Shown here piece after piece: positions 8,051 to 16,678 of a stretch of DNA of 24,000 nucleotides. The notes under the pieces are model-generated. The model made no database searches and was not told the origin of the DNA. It saw only the letters and a list, made by a program, of their open reading frames with translations. Origin of the DNA: Candidatus Binatia bacterium (lineage in GTDB: Bacteria > Desulfobacterota > Binatia > UBA9968); the NCBI GenBank assembly GCA_036522615.1, contig DATDFN010000084.1, positions 1 through 24,000 of the forward strand, read 5' to 3'. Each line of letters begins with the position of its first letter. Within the stretch, counting starts at the first letter, position 1. The position numbers and the translations under genes were made by a program.

Positions 8051-8839
8051 ATGAAGCTCGAGGGACAAAGCGCGATCATCGTCGGAGCGGGACGCGGTAT
8101 CGGCGCCGCGATCGCGCGGAAGTTTGCCTCCGAGGGGGCGCGCATGATGCTCGTCGATCTGCCGAGCATGAAAGCCGAAGCGGAAGAGGTCGCGCGCGCG
8201 ATTGCCGCGGAGTCGGATGTGGAGGCGGTCTTTTATGCCGCCGACTGCACCGACGCGGAGCAGGTGAACCGCATGATCAATGAGGCCGTGCGCCGCTTTG
8301 GCGGTGTCGATATCCTGGTCAACAGCGCCGGACTGCGCGGCCCGCTCGTGCCGGTTCAGGATATCTCCGAAACAGAATGGGATTCCGTGCTCGCGGTAAA
8401 CCTGAAAGCCGCGTTTCTCTGCTGCAAGGCAGTCCTTAAAGTCATGATCGAGCAGAAGCGCGGCAGTATCGTCAGCATCTCCGGGACGGCCGGGAAGGAA
8501 GGCATGGCCCTTCGCGGCTCGCTCGTCGCGGCAAAATGGGGACTGCTCGGGCTAACGCAGACGATCGCCAAAGAGGCGGGCCCGTGCGGCGTGCGCGCAA
8601 ACGTTGTCTGTCCCGGCGGCATGGACGAGCCCGACCTTCGCGTGATGTATGCGGAGCGGGCGAAAAATCTAGGAATGGAATTCAAAGAGCTGGAAAACAA
8701 GGTGCTTCAAGACACGCCGCTGAGAAAATACGCAAAACACGAGGAAGTCGCGGCGGCGGCGCTGTTCCTCGCTTCCAGCGACTCCTCTCATACCACTGGA
8801 GAATCGCTCAACGTCTCCGGCGGCCGCTTGATGCATTGA
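8051..8839 (+). CDS. Short-chain dehydrogenase/reductase (SDR) family protein lacking the canonical catalytic Tyr
   Basis: SD AGGAGA (8041-8046). It has a Rossmann glycine motif VGAGRGIGAAIA, then NSAG, VN, and a FabG-like core and C-terminus (PGGMD...TTGESLNVSGG). At the YxxxK position the sequence is S157-L158-V-A-A-K162. No Tyr occurs anywhere between residues 63 and 199. Confidence 0.8.
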   Translation: MKLEGQSAIIVGAGRGIGAAIARKFASEGARMMLVDLPSMKAEAEEVARAIAAESDVEAVFYAADCTDAEQVNRMINEAVRRFGGVDILVNSAGLRGPLVPVQDISETEWDSVLAVNLKAAFLCCKAVLKVMIEQKRGSIVSISGTAGKEGMALRGSLVAAKWGLLGLTQTIAKEAGPCGVRANVVCPGGMDEPDLRVMYAERAKNLGMEFKELENKVLQDTPLRKYAKHEEVAAAALFLASSDSSHTTGESLNVSGGRLMH

Positions 8840-8895
8840 TCCGGCGGCAGGCAAAAACGCCGTCTATTCGGTGCGTCCGCCCGAATGAGATCGTA

Positions 8896-8924
8896 TTGCT
8901 TTCACCCCCGCGCCTGCGTACGCT
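8896..8924 (+). promoter_or_regulatory. Candidate sigma70-type promoter for the rhomboid gene (TTGCTT-N17-TACGCT)
   Basis: The -35-like hexamer is at 8896-8901, the -10-like hexamer at 8919-8924, and the spacer is 17 nt. It sits in the 98-nt gap after the SDR gene. This is a pattern match only and the -10 is weak. Confidence 0.25.
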
Positions 8925-8937
8925 AAACTTGAGGCCT

Positions 8938-9699
8938 ATGTTTCCTTATCGCGATGAAAATGAGACTCAGCGGGCAGCGATCGTCACCCTGGCGATCATC
9001 GCCGTCAACGTCTTGGTTTGGCTGTTCGTTCAGGGCGCTGGCTCGGAGGCCACTGTGGCGGCTTCGATATGCAATCTCGGCCTGATTCCCGGCGCACTCA
9101 CCGGCACATTGCCTCCCGGTACGACGGTGCCGCTCGGCGAGGGACTGGTCTGCGCGGCGGAGCCCGGTCACGGTTTGACGCACCTCTTCACGCACATGTT
9201 TCTGCACGGGTCGTGGATGCATCTGCTCGGCAACATGTGGTTTCTGTGGCTCTTCGGGAACAACATCGAAGACTCCATGGGCCATGTGCGCTTCCTGATT
9301 TTTTACTTATTGTGCGGCCTAGCCGCGGCCTTCGCACAGATCGCCACCAGCCCCGATGCAGCTATACCGATGGTCGGCGCCTCCGGCGCGATCAGCGGCG
9401 TCATGGGGGGATACCTGCTACTCTATCCGAACGTCCGCGTCTACACGCTGGTTCCGCTCGGCTTTTTCATCACGTCGCTGGCGCTGCCGGCGTGGGTCAT
9501 GCTCGGCTATTGGTTTGTTATCCAGTTCTTCAGCGGCCTTGTTTCCTTCGGCGGCGAAATGGGCGGCGTGGCTTTTTGGGCGCACGTGGGTGGCTTCGTT
9601 GCGGGGATCGCCGTTATCAAACTTTTCGCCCGTGGGGACTACATCGACGAGCGCCAGGCGCGGCGCTGGCGCCCGCGCAGCGTTATCGGCGGGTATTGA
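8938..9699 (+). CDS. Rhomboid-family intramembrane serine protease (253 aa)
   Basis: The start is at ATG 8938 (M135 of the 8536 ORF, whose upstream part overlaps the SDR gene and is Arg-rich). Signature motifs are HMFLHGSWMHLLGNMWFLWLFG, GASGAISGVMGG (GxSG catalytic Ser) and AHVGGFVAG (catalytic His). Multiple hydrophobic helices are present. Confidence 0.88.
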   Translation: MFPYRDENETQRAAIVTLAIIAVNVLVWLFVQGAGSEATVAASICNLGLIPGALTGTLPPGTTVPLGEGLVCAAEPGHGLTHLFTHMFLHGSWMHLLGNMWFLWLFGNNIEDSMGHVRFLIFYLLCGLAAAFAQIATSPDAAIPMVGASGAISGVMGGYLLLYPNVRVYTLVPLGFFITSLALPAWVMLGYWFVIQFFSGLVSFGGEMGGVAFWAHVGGFVAGIAVIKLFARGDYIDERQARRWRPRSVIGGY

Positions 9700-9752
9700 A
9701 AGAGGGCGCCTTTCCGGCGCGGCGATCGCTCGAAACAACCGCTTAGCCGCCT

Positions 9753-10706
9753 TTATCCTGCTTTCAGTCGTTCCAATCCGGTTCCTTCGCGGCCGGATAC
9801 ATTCTCTTCCAGTAAGCGGTAGTTGCGGATTGTTTCGGTAAAATTCGCCAGCAACGTCGACTCGTTTTGCGGTCTCCACGTGAGCGCGATCTCGAGCTGC
9901 GGCGATGCGGCGGGAAGATCGCAGCATACGACCCCCGGGATGGCGTGGGTCGAGGTAAACGGCAGAATCGTGATTCCCAGCCCCGCGGCAACCAAGCCCA
10001 ACACGGTGGAAGGATGATCGGCTTCATGCCGGATATTCAGGCGCAGACCGTTCCGCTGATAAAAGCTGATAACGTAATCGTAAAAAACTTGCCCGCTCTC
10101 GCGTTTGAACAGAATGTACGGCTCGTTCGTGAGATCGGCCAATTCAACCCGTCCCGCCGCCGCGAAACGGTGGTTTTGCGGCACGACGACGACGAGCGGC
10201 GGCTTGAGAACAATTTCTGTCTTCAATGGCCCGGTGCGCGAAGGAAGCCCGAAATCCGAAATCCAAAGTACGAAGCCCGCATCGATGGTGCCTTCATGGA
10301 GCGCTTCCAGCTGCCCTTCGGCACTGAGGCTGTGGACGTCGAGATGCACTTCGGGAAAACGCTGGCAGAATTCCCGGATCATAAAAGGAAGAGGTGTCAG
10401 AACCGACCACGGCATCCAGCCGATCGATAGCCGACCTGCCTCGCCTCGCTGGACGCGCCGTGTCCGCGCCACGGCATCGTCGCTCTGCTGCAGCAGCGCG
10501 CGCGCCTCGACAAGAAAAACCTTTCCGATGCTCGTCAGCTCGACGCGCCGGCGCGTCCGATTGAAAAGCATCATGTCCAGTTCGTGTTCCAGGAGCTGAA
10601 TCTGCTGGCTGAGAGGCGGTTGTGTAATATGGAGTCTTTTCGCCGCACGGCCGAAGTGAAGCTCCTCGGCCACAGTGACGAAATACTTCAAGCGCCTTAG
10701 ATCCAT
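9753..10706 (-). CDS. LysR-family transcriptional regulator (317 aa)
   Basis: The N-terminus is a canonical LTTR HTH (MDLRRLKYFVTVAEELHFGRAAKRLHITQPPLSQQIQLLEHEL), followed by a type-2 periplasmic-binding-fold effector domain of typical length. Confidence 0.92.
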   Translation of the reverse strand: MDLRRLKYFVTVAEELHFGRAAKRLHITQPPLSQQIQLLEHELDMMLFNRTRRRVELTSIGKVFLVEARALLQQSDDAVARTRRVQRGEAGRLSIGWMPWSVLTPLPFMIREFCQRFPEVHLDVHSLSAEGQLEALHEGTIDAGFVLWISDFGLPSRTGPLKTEIVLKPPLVVVVPQNHRFAAAGRVELADLTNEPYILFKRESGQVFYDYVISFYQRNGLRLNIRHEADHPSTVLGLVAAGLGITILPFTSTHAIPGVVCCDLPAASPQLEIALTWRPQNESTLLANFTETIRNYRLLEENVSGREGTGLERLKAG

Positions 10707-10757
10707 GACCTTCTGGTTATATCAAAGCAGTATCAATGGCAAATGAAAAATCTATTG

Positions 10758-10831
10758 GACAAATCATTGTCGTATCGGCTATGAGAAAGTTTGCGACGAT
10801 CATTGTCTGTAAATTACTGCACGCAATGATC
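10758..10831. promoter_or_regulatory. Cluster of repeated ATCATTG(TC) motifs and palindromes upstream of the LysR gene (candidate operator sites)
   Basis: All read directly. ATCATTGTC occurs at 10763-10771 and again at 10799-10807. The first copy lies in the palindrome GACAA-ATCA-TTGTC (10758-10771). GATCATTG (10798-10805) is mirrored by CAATGATC (10824-10831). The sites lie 52-125 nt upstream of the LysR ATG in a 39% GC stretch. Confidence 0.35.
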
Positions 10832-10857
10832 TCCTATGTGTCGGGAAAACCTCAGCT

Positions 10858-11055
10858 ATGGATCGTCAACGGATTTGTTTGCTCAGGTGTTTCGATTGCG
10901 CTACGGATTTTGAAAAAGAGTTAGAGTCCGGTGAAACGATCACCTCCGCCGCGCGGCAGGCGAGATGTCCCAAATGTGGTTACCAGCCGAAGTTGACGAG
11001 GCCTGGAGACCTTTGGAGCGCGGTTAACGTTCACCACATCATCGGAATGAAGTAG
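10858..11055 (+). CDS. Small zinc-ribbon protein, FmdB-like CxxC...CxxC (65 aa), hypothetical
   Basis: RCFDCATDFEKE...(22 aa)...RCPKCG fits the FmdB-type pattern C-x2-C-x3-FE...CPxCG as I recall it. It is the only plausible + strand ORF divergent from the LysR gene. Two caveats apply: the SD is weak or distant, and third-codon positions are more A/T-rich than in neighbouring genes. Confidence 0.45.
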   Translation: MDRQRICLLRCFDCATDFEKELESGETITSAARQARCPKCGYQPKLTRPGDLWSAVNVHHIIGMK

Positions 11056-11121
11056 TCCGCCGCCGCGGCCGTCAGGCCTCGACGCGAGCGCAATCGTCCA
11101 AGCGACGAACAGTTTATTGCG

Positions 11122-11964
11122 TTACCGCCGCGTCTTCGGGTCCAGAATATCTCGCAGTCCGTTCCCCAGAAAATTGAACGAGAGAATCGTAAGAAAGATC
11201 GCTATTGCGGGAAAAAAGATGATGTGCGGGTAGCTGCGCATGGCGCGCCACCCGTCCTGCGCGAGCGTTCCCCAGCTCGTTCCCCAATTACTGTAAGGAT
11301 CGTTGATGCCGAGTCCGATAAAACTAAGCGTGGACTCGGCCAGGATCGCCGCCGGAATGCTGAACGTGAGCGTCACGAGCAACGGCGCGAAGATATTCGG
11401 AAGAATATGGCGCAAAAGCACGCGCACGTGCGACGCGCCGATGGAACGCGCGCCTTCGACATAGACGAGCTCTTTCGCCTGGAGCACCTGGCCGCGCGCG
11501 ACGCGAGCGAAGCGCACCCACGAGATAAAGCCGAGCGCGATCAATACCCCCGCGATGTTGCGACCCAGAAACAGCGATAGCAAAACGAAGATTAGAAGAT
11601 CCGGCAGGCCGTAGAAAATATCCACGATCCGCATCAACAGATTGTCGACCGCACCGCCGGTATAGCCCGACAGAAGTCCGTACAGCGTACCGACCACAAG
11701 CGCGACGAGCGCGGTGCCGATGCCGACCGTCAGCGAGACGCGTGCGCCGTAAAGAATCCGCGTGAAAAGATCCCGCCCGAGCTCGTCGGTGCCGAACCAG
11801 TGATCGGCTCCTGGGCTTTCGAGCATGCGGCTTTCTTCCAAACCGCCCGGCGCGTAGGGAGAAATCGCCGGCGCGAGAAAACCCACAATCATGACGAACA
11901 GAATGAACGCCAAGCTCACGAGAAACGCCGGGGAGCGCCAGCGGGCGCGCATAGGCTTTGTCAT
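11122..11964 (-). CDS. ABC transporter permease, DppC/OppC-like
   Basis: It has multiple TM segments and an EAA-type loop VEGARSIGASHVRVLLRHILPN. The start is set at ATG 11964 (MTKPMRARW...), 5 nt after the upstream gene's TAA. The ORF-track start at 12033 would overlap the upstream gene by 64 nt. ATG 11952 is also possible. Confidence 0.85.
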   Translation of the reverse strand: MTKPMRARWRSPAFLVSLAFILFVMIVGFLAPAISPYAPGGLEESRMLESPGADHWFGTDELGRDLFTRILYGARVSLTVGIGTALVALVVGTLYGLLSGYTGGAVDNLLMRIVDIFYGLPDLLIFVLLSLFLGRNIAGVLIALGFISWVRFARVARGQVLQAKELVYVEGARSIGASHVRVLLRHILPNIFAPLLVTLTFSIPAAILAESTLSFIGLGINDPYSNWGTSWGTLAQDGWRAMRSYPHIIFFPAIAIFLTILSFNFLGNGLRDILDPKTRR

Positions 11965-11969
11965 CGCCG

Positions 11970-12887
11970 TTAGCGGCCGCCCACCCGCGGGTCGACGGCT
12001 GAATAAAGGATGTCGACCGTGAGATTCGCGCACACCAGAATCGCCGTATAGACGAGCGTCACGCCCATGACGAGCGGATAATCGCGGTCGGTCACCGCCG
12101 TGATGAAAAATCTCCCCATGCCCGGAATCGCGAAAACGTATTCCACAACAAAAGAGCCCGCGACGAGAATGGCAAACAGCGGACCGAGGAGCGTTAAGAC
12201 CGGAATAAGGGAATTTCTGAGCGCATGCTTGAAGAGCACGAGCGACTCGCGGACGCCCTTGGCCCGCGCCGTGCGAATGAAATCTTCGCCGAGGGTCTCA
12301 AGCAGCGAGGAACGCAGGAGGTAAGTCAGCTGCGCACACGGCATCGCGCCGAGCGTGATCGCGGGCAGGATCGCGCTACCCGTTGCGCCCCAGCGCGCAG
12401 CCTGAAGCCAGCCCAGCTTGAGGGAAAAAATCCAGATCAGCAGCGCGCCGAGCGTAAAATTCGGCAGCGAGATGCCGAGCGTCGCAATCGTCGTACAGGC
12501 ACGGTCGATCCAGCGGTCATGCCACGCCGCGGCGGCGACGCCGAGCGGCAAGGCAACGGCCACGGCCAGCGAGAGCGCCAAGACGCCGAGAAAAACCGAT
12601 GGAGGCAGCGTGTCGCGGACGATGTCCGCCACCGTGCGGTCGGTATACTTGTAGCTCGGCCCGAGATCGCCCACGGCTATGCCACGGACGTATCGAGCGT
12701 ATTGTGTGAAAAAGGGTTCGTTGAGATGATATTTTGCCTCGATATTCGCCATGACCTCGGGCGGAAGTCGCCGGTCGCGGTCGAAGGGCCCGCCGGGCAG
12801 CAAGCGGAGCAAAGCGAACGTGAGCGTCGCGACGACCCACAGGACGGCGAGGCCGTGAAGCAGCCGCTTGAGCAGGAAAGGGGCCAT
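11970..12887 (-). CDS. ABC transporter permease, DppB/OppB-like
   Basis: The N-terminus MAPFLLKRLLHGLAVLWVVATLTFALLRLLPGGPF and the loop FIRTARAKGVRESLVLFKHALRNSLIPV are typical of DppB/OppB-family permeases. Confidence 0.9.
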   Translation of the reverse strand: MAPFLLKRLLHGLAVLWVVATLTFALLRLLPGGPFDRDRRLPPEVMANIEAKYHLNEPFFTQYARYVRGIAVGDLGPSYKYTDRTVADIVRDTLPPSVFLGVLALSLAVAVALPLGVAAAAWHDRWIDRACTTIATLGISLPNFTLGALLIWIFSLKLGWLQAARWGATGSAILPAITLGAMPCAQLTYLLRSSLLETLGEDFIRTARAKGVRESLVLFKHALRNSLIPVLTLLGPLFAILVAGSFVVEYVFAIPGMGRFFITAVTDRDYPLVMGVTLVYTAILVCANLTVDILYSAVDPRVGGR

Positions 12888-12978
12888 TAAATTGTGCGGT
12901 ATGGGGCGCGATGGGCGAGAAGCAAGCGGAGAAGCAACCCGCCCGTCGTCTGGTGGACGGCACTTATGCCCGTACTGC

Positions 12979-14577
12979 TCATTTGTCGGTCTTCGCTTTT
13001 ACGTTACGCAGCACGAGCCGGCCCATCGAATTGTACTCCAGCCCGGTGTAGCCTGGATTCAAAATGGTGCTTTCCGCCGTGTTGAAGAGCGGCACAATCG
13101 GCACGTCGACTTCGCACAGGATTTTCTGCGCTTCGTTGTAGAGTCGCACACGCTTCTGCTCGCCCATCTCCCGCGCCGCCTGCTCGAGCAGCTGATCGTA
13201 GCGGCTGTTTTTCCAGCGGCTGTAGTTCTGCGGGCTATAGGAAGCGAACAGCTTGATAAAATTGTCCGGATCCGGATAGTCCGCCCCCCAGCCGGCGCGA
13301 AAAATCGCCGGCGGATCGTTCAGCAGCCGCTTCAAGAACACCTTCCATTCGAGATTCTCAAGACGCACGAGCACGCCGAGGTTTCGTTTCCACATTCCTT
13401 GAATCGCCTCGGCCACAATTTTTTTATCCTCAAGCGTGTTGTATGCGAGCGTCACCTGGGGAAACCCCTTGCCGTCGGGATAGCCAGCTTCGCGCAGCAG
13501 GCGGCGCGCCTCGGGCGGGTTGTAGGGCAGGCCGATCTTGGCATTGTACGCGAGCATGCCGGGCGGAATCCATGAGGTGGCCGCTTGCTCGCCGCCGCGC
13601 AGCAACGAGGGGAGAAAGCTGCGATCGATCGCCATCGCGAAGGCCTTGCGCACGCGCACGTCGTCGAAAGGCTTCTTGTTGACGGCGAAGCCGTAGTACT
13701 CGCCGCGCAACTGCGGCACGTGCTTGAACCCTTGCGCCTTCGCTAGCCTGGGCTTCTCCAGGATTGGGATGCTGTGGTTATCGAGGAAGTCGAGCTGGCC
13801 CTGATCGTAGAGCGCCAGGGCCGTCGTCATCTCGTTCACCATCATCATCTCGACGTTGTCGATCGCCGGCTTGCCGAGAAAGAAATTCGGGTTGGCCTTG
13901 AGGCGAATCTCGTTCTCATGCTTCCACGAGGATAATAGAAACGGTCCGTTGGTGACGATGTTGCCGGGCTCGGTCCATTTCGAGCCGTATTTTTCGACGA
14001 TGTCGCGGCGCTGTGGGAAAGTCACCTCGAACGTCATCAGTGATAGAAAATAGGAGGTCGGACTTTTGAGCCGCACCTCCAGCGTGAAGTCGTCGAGCGC
14101 CGCGACCCCGACTTCTTTATCGTCGGTCAATTTTCCCTGGTTGAATTCCTCCGCGTTGACGATGTCGAATAGTGTATAGGCGTACTCGGACGCGGTTCGC
14201 GGATCGAGGAGGCGCTTCCAGGAGAATTCGAAATCTGCAGCGACGACTTTTTTGCCGTCGCTCCACGTCGCATCCTCGCGCAAGTGAAAGACGATTCGCT
14301 TTCCGCCGTCGAGCACGTCCCAGGACTTCGCGATGACCGGCGCGGGTTTTAGATTCTTATCGAACTCGGCGAGGCCGACCATGAGGTTCGCGATCACGTT
14401 GAAGGAGACGTGATCGGTCGCGAGCGACCAGTCGAGGCTGGGCGGCTCGGTGCCTAAATTGACGCGAAATGTCTTGCCGTCGGGGGTTCCGGAGCTGCGG
14501 CTGCAGGAGGCCAAAACGAGCAATGCGAGGAGAGGAAAAAACAGACGGCGGAGGGATTTTCCGAGTGGAAAAGTCAA
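12979..14577 (-). CDS. ABC transporter substrate-binding lipoprotein, family 5 (peptide/nickel, DppA/OppA-like), 532 aa
   Basis: It has a signal peptide with lipobox LVLASC. Size and sequence character fit SBP_bac_5 binders. It is first in a binder-permease-permease order on the - strand. Confidence 0.88.
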   Translation of the reverse strand: MTFPLGKSLRRLFFPLLALLVLASCSRSSGTPDGKTFRVNLGTEPPSLDWSLATDHVSFNVIANLMVGLAEFDKNLKPAPVIAKSWDVLDGGKRIVFHLREDATWSDGKKVVAADFEFSWKRLLDPRTASEYAYTLFDIVNAEEFNQGKLTDDKEVGVAALDDFTLEVRLKSPTSYFLSLMTFEVTFPQRRDIVEKYGSKWTEPGNIVTNGPFLLSSWKHENEIRLKANPNFFLGKPAIDNVEMMMVNEMTTALALYDQGQLDFLDNHSIPILEKPRLAKAQGFKHVPQLRGEYYGFAVNKKPFDDVRVRKAFAMAIDRSFLPSLLRGGEQAATSWIPPGMLAYNAKIGLPYNPPEARRLLREAGYPDGKGFPQVTLAYNTLEDKKIVAEAIQGMWKRNLGVLVRLENLEWKVFLKRLLNDPPAIFRAGWGADYPDPDNFIKLFASYSPQNYSRWKNSRYDQLLEQAAREMGEQKRVRLYNEAQKILCEVDVPIVPLFNTAESTILNPGYTGLEYNSMGRLVLRNVKAKTDK

Positions 14578-14657
14578 GGAAATAGCGCTTGCGTCGCGAT
14601 TAGTTTGCCGATATTAGTACCGCAAGGAACGTCTATCTTCAAGCGAAAAGGAAAGAC

Positions 14658-15689
14658 ATGGACGCGCGCGAATTGCTGAAGAAACATGTGGTCGTCGAAG
14701 GACACCGGGACGTATACGAGCAGCTCTATCGCAAGTCGGTCGGGGAGGAGTCGCCGATCCGTGACGGGATCGCTCCTCGGCTGATCCGCGACGGGATCAA
14801 TCTTTGCGTCTACGCGATCAGCGGCGACTCCTATTCGCACACGCAGAACACGGGTCGGTACCTGGAGACCGCTCTCGAAAACATCGACATGTTTCTAGAA
14901 GAAGCGCCGCGCTCCGAAGGAATGATCTCAATGGTGCGGACGCGCTCCGATTTGCCCGAAAAAGTCCAGCCGGGGCAGATATCGTTCATCCTGCATTTCG
15001 AGGGCGGTATGCCGCTCCAGGGCAGCATCCACCAGCTGAGAAATTTCTACCGACTCGGACTCCGCTCGATGCAGCTAACATGGAACTTTCGCAACGAGCT
15101 CGGCGACGGCGTGTGGGAAAACCGCACCAAAGGCGGACTCACAAACTTCGGCGTCGAGGTCATTAAGGAAATGAACCGTCTCGGCATGATCGTTGATCTC
15201 GCGCACATGAACCGGGAAGGTTTCTTCCAGGCGCTCGACGTCGCAGAGGCTCCGCTCATCGTAAGCCACGCCAATGCCTGCGGTATGCTCGACAACCCGC
15301 GCAATCTCGCCGACGATCAGATCAAGGCGATCGCCGACCAGGACGGTCTGGTCGGCATCCTCGCACTCCCCGAGCGCACAGCGAAAAAAGACGCGACCCT
15401 TGAGGATCTGCTCGATCACATCGATTATATGGTCAACCTCGCAGGCATCGAGCACATGGCGCTCGGGATGGACTTCATCAAATACGACGGCCCGCGGACG
15501 CTCAAAGACCGTCACCATCCGCTGCATGAGCGCACCTACGTCAAGGATTTCGAGGAGATCGAAGACCTGCCGAACCTGATCGATCGCCTCGAGCGCCGCG
15601 GCTACAAAGAAAGCGATATTGCGCTCATTCTCGGCGGCAATTATCTCCGCATCCTAAAAACGATTTTGCCCGAACAGTCGGTCATCTAA
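14658..15689 (+). CDS. Membrane dipeptidase (peptidase family M19, renal-dipeptidase-like)
   Basis: M19 zinc-ligand blocks are present: VVEGHRDV (HxD), FILHFEGG (Glu), VDLAHMN and IVSHANA (His), plus LTWNFRNELGDG. It is transcribed divergently from the Dpp-like operon. Confidence 0.9.
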   Translation: MDARELLKKHVVVEGHRDVYEQLYRKSVGEESPIRDGIAPRLIRDGINLCVYAISGDSYSHTQNTGRYLETALENIDMFLEEAPRSEGMISMVRTRSDLPEKVQPGQISFILHFEGGMPLQGSIHQLRNFYRLGLRSMQLTWNFRNELGDGVWENRTKGGLTNFGVEVIKEMNRLGMIVDLAHMNREGFFQALDVAEAPLIVSHANACGMLDNPRNLADDQIKAIADQDGLVGILALPERTAKKDATLEDLLDHIDYMVNLAGIEHMALGMDFIKYDGPRTLKDRHHPLHERTYVKDFEEIEDLPNLIDRLERRGYKESDIALILGGNYLRILKTILPEQSVI

Positions 15690-15703
15690 CGGAAGGAGTC
15701 TTC

Positions 15704-16654
15704 ATGCGGCGCGTTCTGCAATGGGCGCTGTTGGTGGTTTTCATTTTGGCGCTGCCGCCGCTCGCCGACGCCAAGATCGTTGTTGGGCTCTCCTCAGTCA
15801 ACATCGCCTTCCTGCCGGTTTACGTTACGCAGGAAAAGGGTTTCTTCAAGGACGAAGGGCTCGACGTCGTTTTCGTCATGTTCAACGCGGGCTCCACCAA
15901 TATCCAGGCGCTCGCCGGGGGCGACGTGCAGATCATGGGCAGCGCCTTCGTCGAAACCATCGGCGGCCGCGCAAGCGGCATCGTCGATGTTAAGAACTTC
16001 TGGGGTATCAGCAACATCATGCCGTTCCAGCTTTACTCGAATCCCAATTTCAAATCGATGAAGGACGCGAAGGGAAAGCGCTTCGCGATCAGCCGCTTCG
16101 GGTCACTGACGGACTATCTCACGCGCGCGACCGTGCAGCACTTCGGCATCAATCCCAAAGACGTGACGATCCTGCAAATCGGCAGCACGCCGGCGCGCTT
16201 CGCCGCGCTGGAAGCCGGCGGCGTCGACGCCAGTGTCGTGTGGTTTCCCGTCACCGAGATCGCCAAGTCGAAAGGCTACAACAAGCTTTTCGACTTGAAA
16301 GAAATTTTCCCGCAGTGGCCATACGAGACGTTCGCCGCGCGGGAAACCTGGCTCGCCAAGGAAAAGGACCAGGTGACGCGCTTCCTCCGCGCCTACCAGC
16401 GCGGCGTCCGCCACACGCACGAGAACAGGCAGGACGCGATCGCGGCGATCAGGAAGTACGTCAAGATGGATCCGGCGATGGCGCCGGCGGGATACGACGA
16501 GTACCGCGATTCTTTTCCCGTAAACGGCGAGATCGCCGAGAAGCCGGTCCCGACCGTCATCCAGGAGGAATTCGACGCCGGCAGGATCAAACGCAAGTTC
16601 ACGCTGGATGAGTTGATCGACAAGTCGTTCATGAAAGCTTTAGGCGGAAAATAG
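15704..16654 (+). CDS. Secreted NMT1/THI5-like substrate-binding protein, paralog 3
   Basis: SD AAGGAG (15693-15698). It has a signal peptide MRRVLQWALLVVFILALPPLADA/K. NMT1/SsuA-type blocks include GKRFAISRFGSLTDY and ALEAGGVDASVVW. Confidence 0.82.
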   Translation: MRRVLQWALLVVFILALPPLADAKIVVGLSSVNIAFLPVYVTQEKGFFKDEGLDVVFVMFNAGSTNIQALAGGDVQIMGSAFVETIGGRASGIVDVKNFWGISNIMPFQLYSNPNFKSMKDAKGKRFAISRFGSLTDYLTRATVQHFGINPKDVTILQIGSTPARFAALEAGGVDASVVWFPVTEIAKSKGYNKLFDLKEIFPQWPYETFAARETWLAKEKDQVTRFLRAYQRGVRHTHENRQDAIAAIRKYVKMDPAMAPAGYDEYRDSFPVNGEIAEKPVPTVIQEEFDAGRIKRKFTLDELIDKSFMKALGGK

Positions 16655-16678
16655 ATCAAATCTTCAAAAAGGCGGTGC

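Noticed and set aside
8842-8886. Weak hairpins lie after the SDR gene (CGGCG/CGCCG at 8842-8862 and ATTCGG/CCGAAT at 8866-8886). Similar small ones occur at 9706-9720, 11090-11121 and 19909-19943.
   Set aside because: The stems are only 5-7 bp with large loops and no following U-tract. I cannot call them terminators from sequence alone.
10736-10924. A 62-aa hydrophobic ORF lies in the AT-rich island and overlaps the start of the zinc-ribbon ORF.
   Set aside because: It has no RBS and no motif. Hydrophobic translations are expected by chance in A/T-rich DNA. It overlaps the candidate operator repeats and conflicts with the more motif-rich 10858-11055 ORF. It could still be a small membrane peptide, but I cannot support it.
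14589-14617. A possible promoter for the dipeptidase operon (TTGCGT-N17-TATTAG, or N15-GATATT).
   Set aside because: The -10 lacks the conserved final T in one register and has a short spacer in the other. It is plausible but not supportable as a feature.
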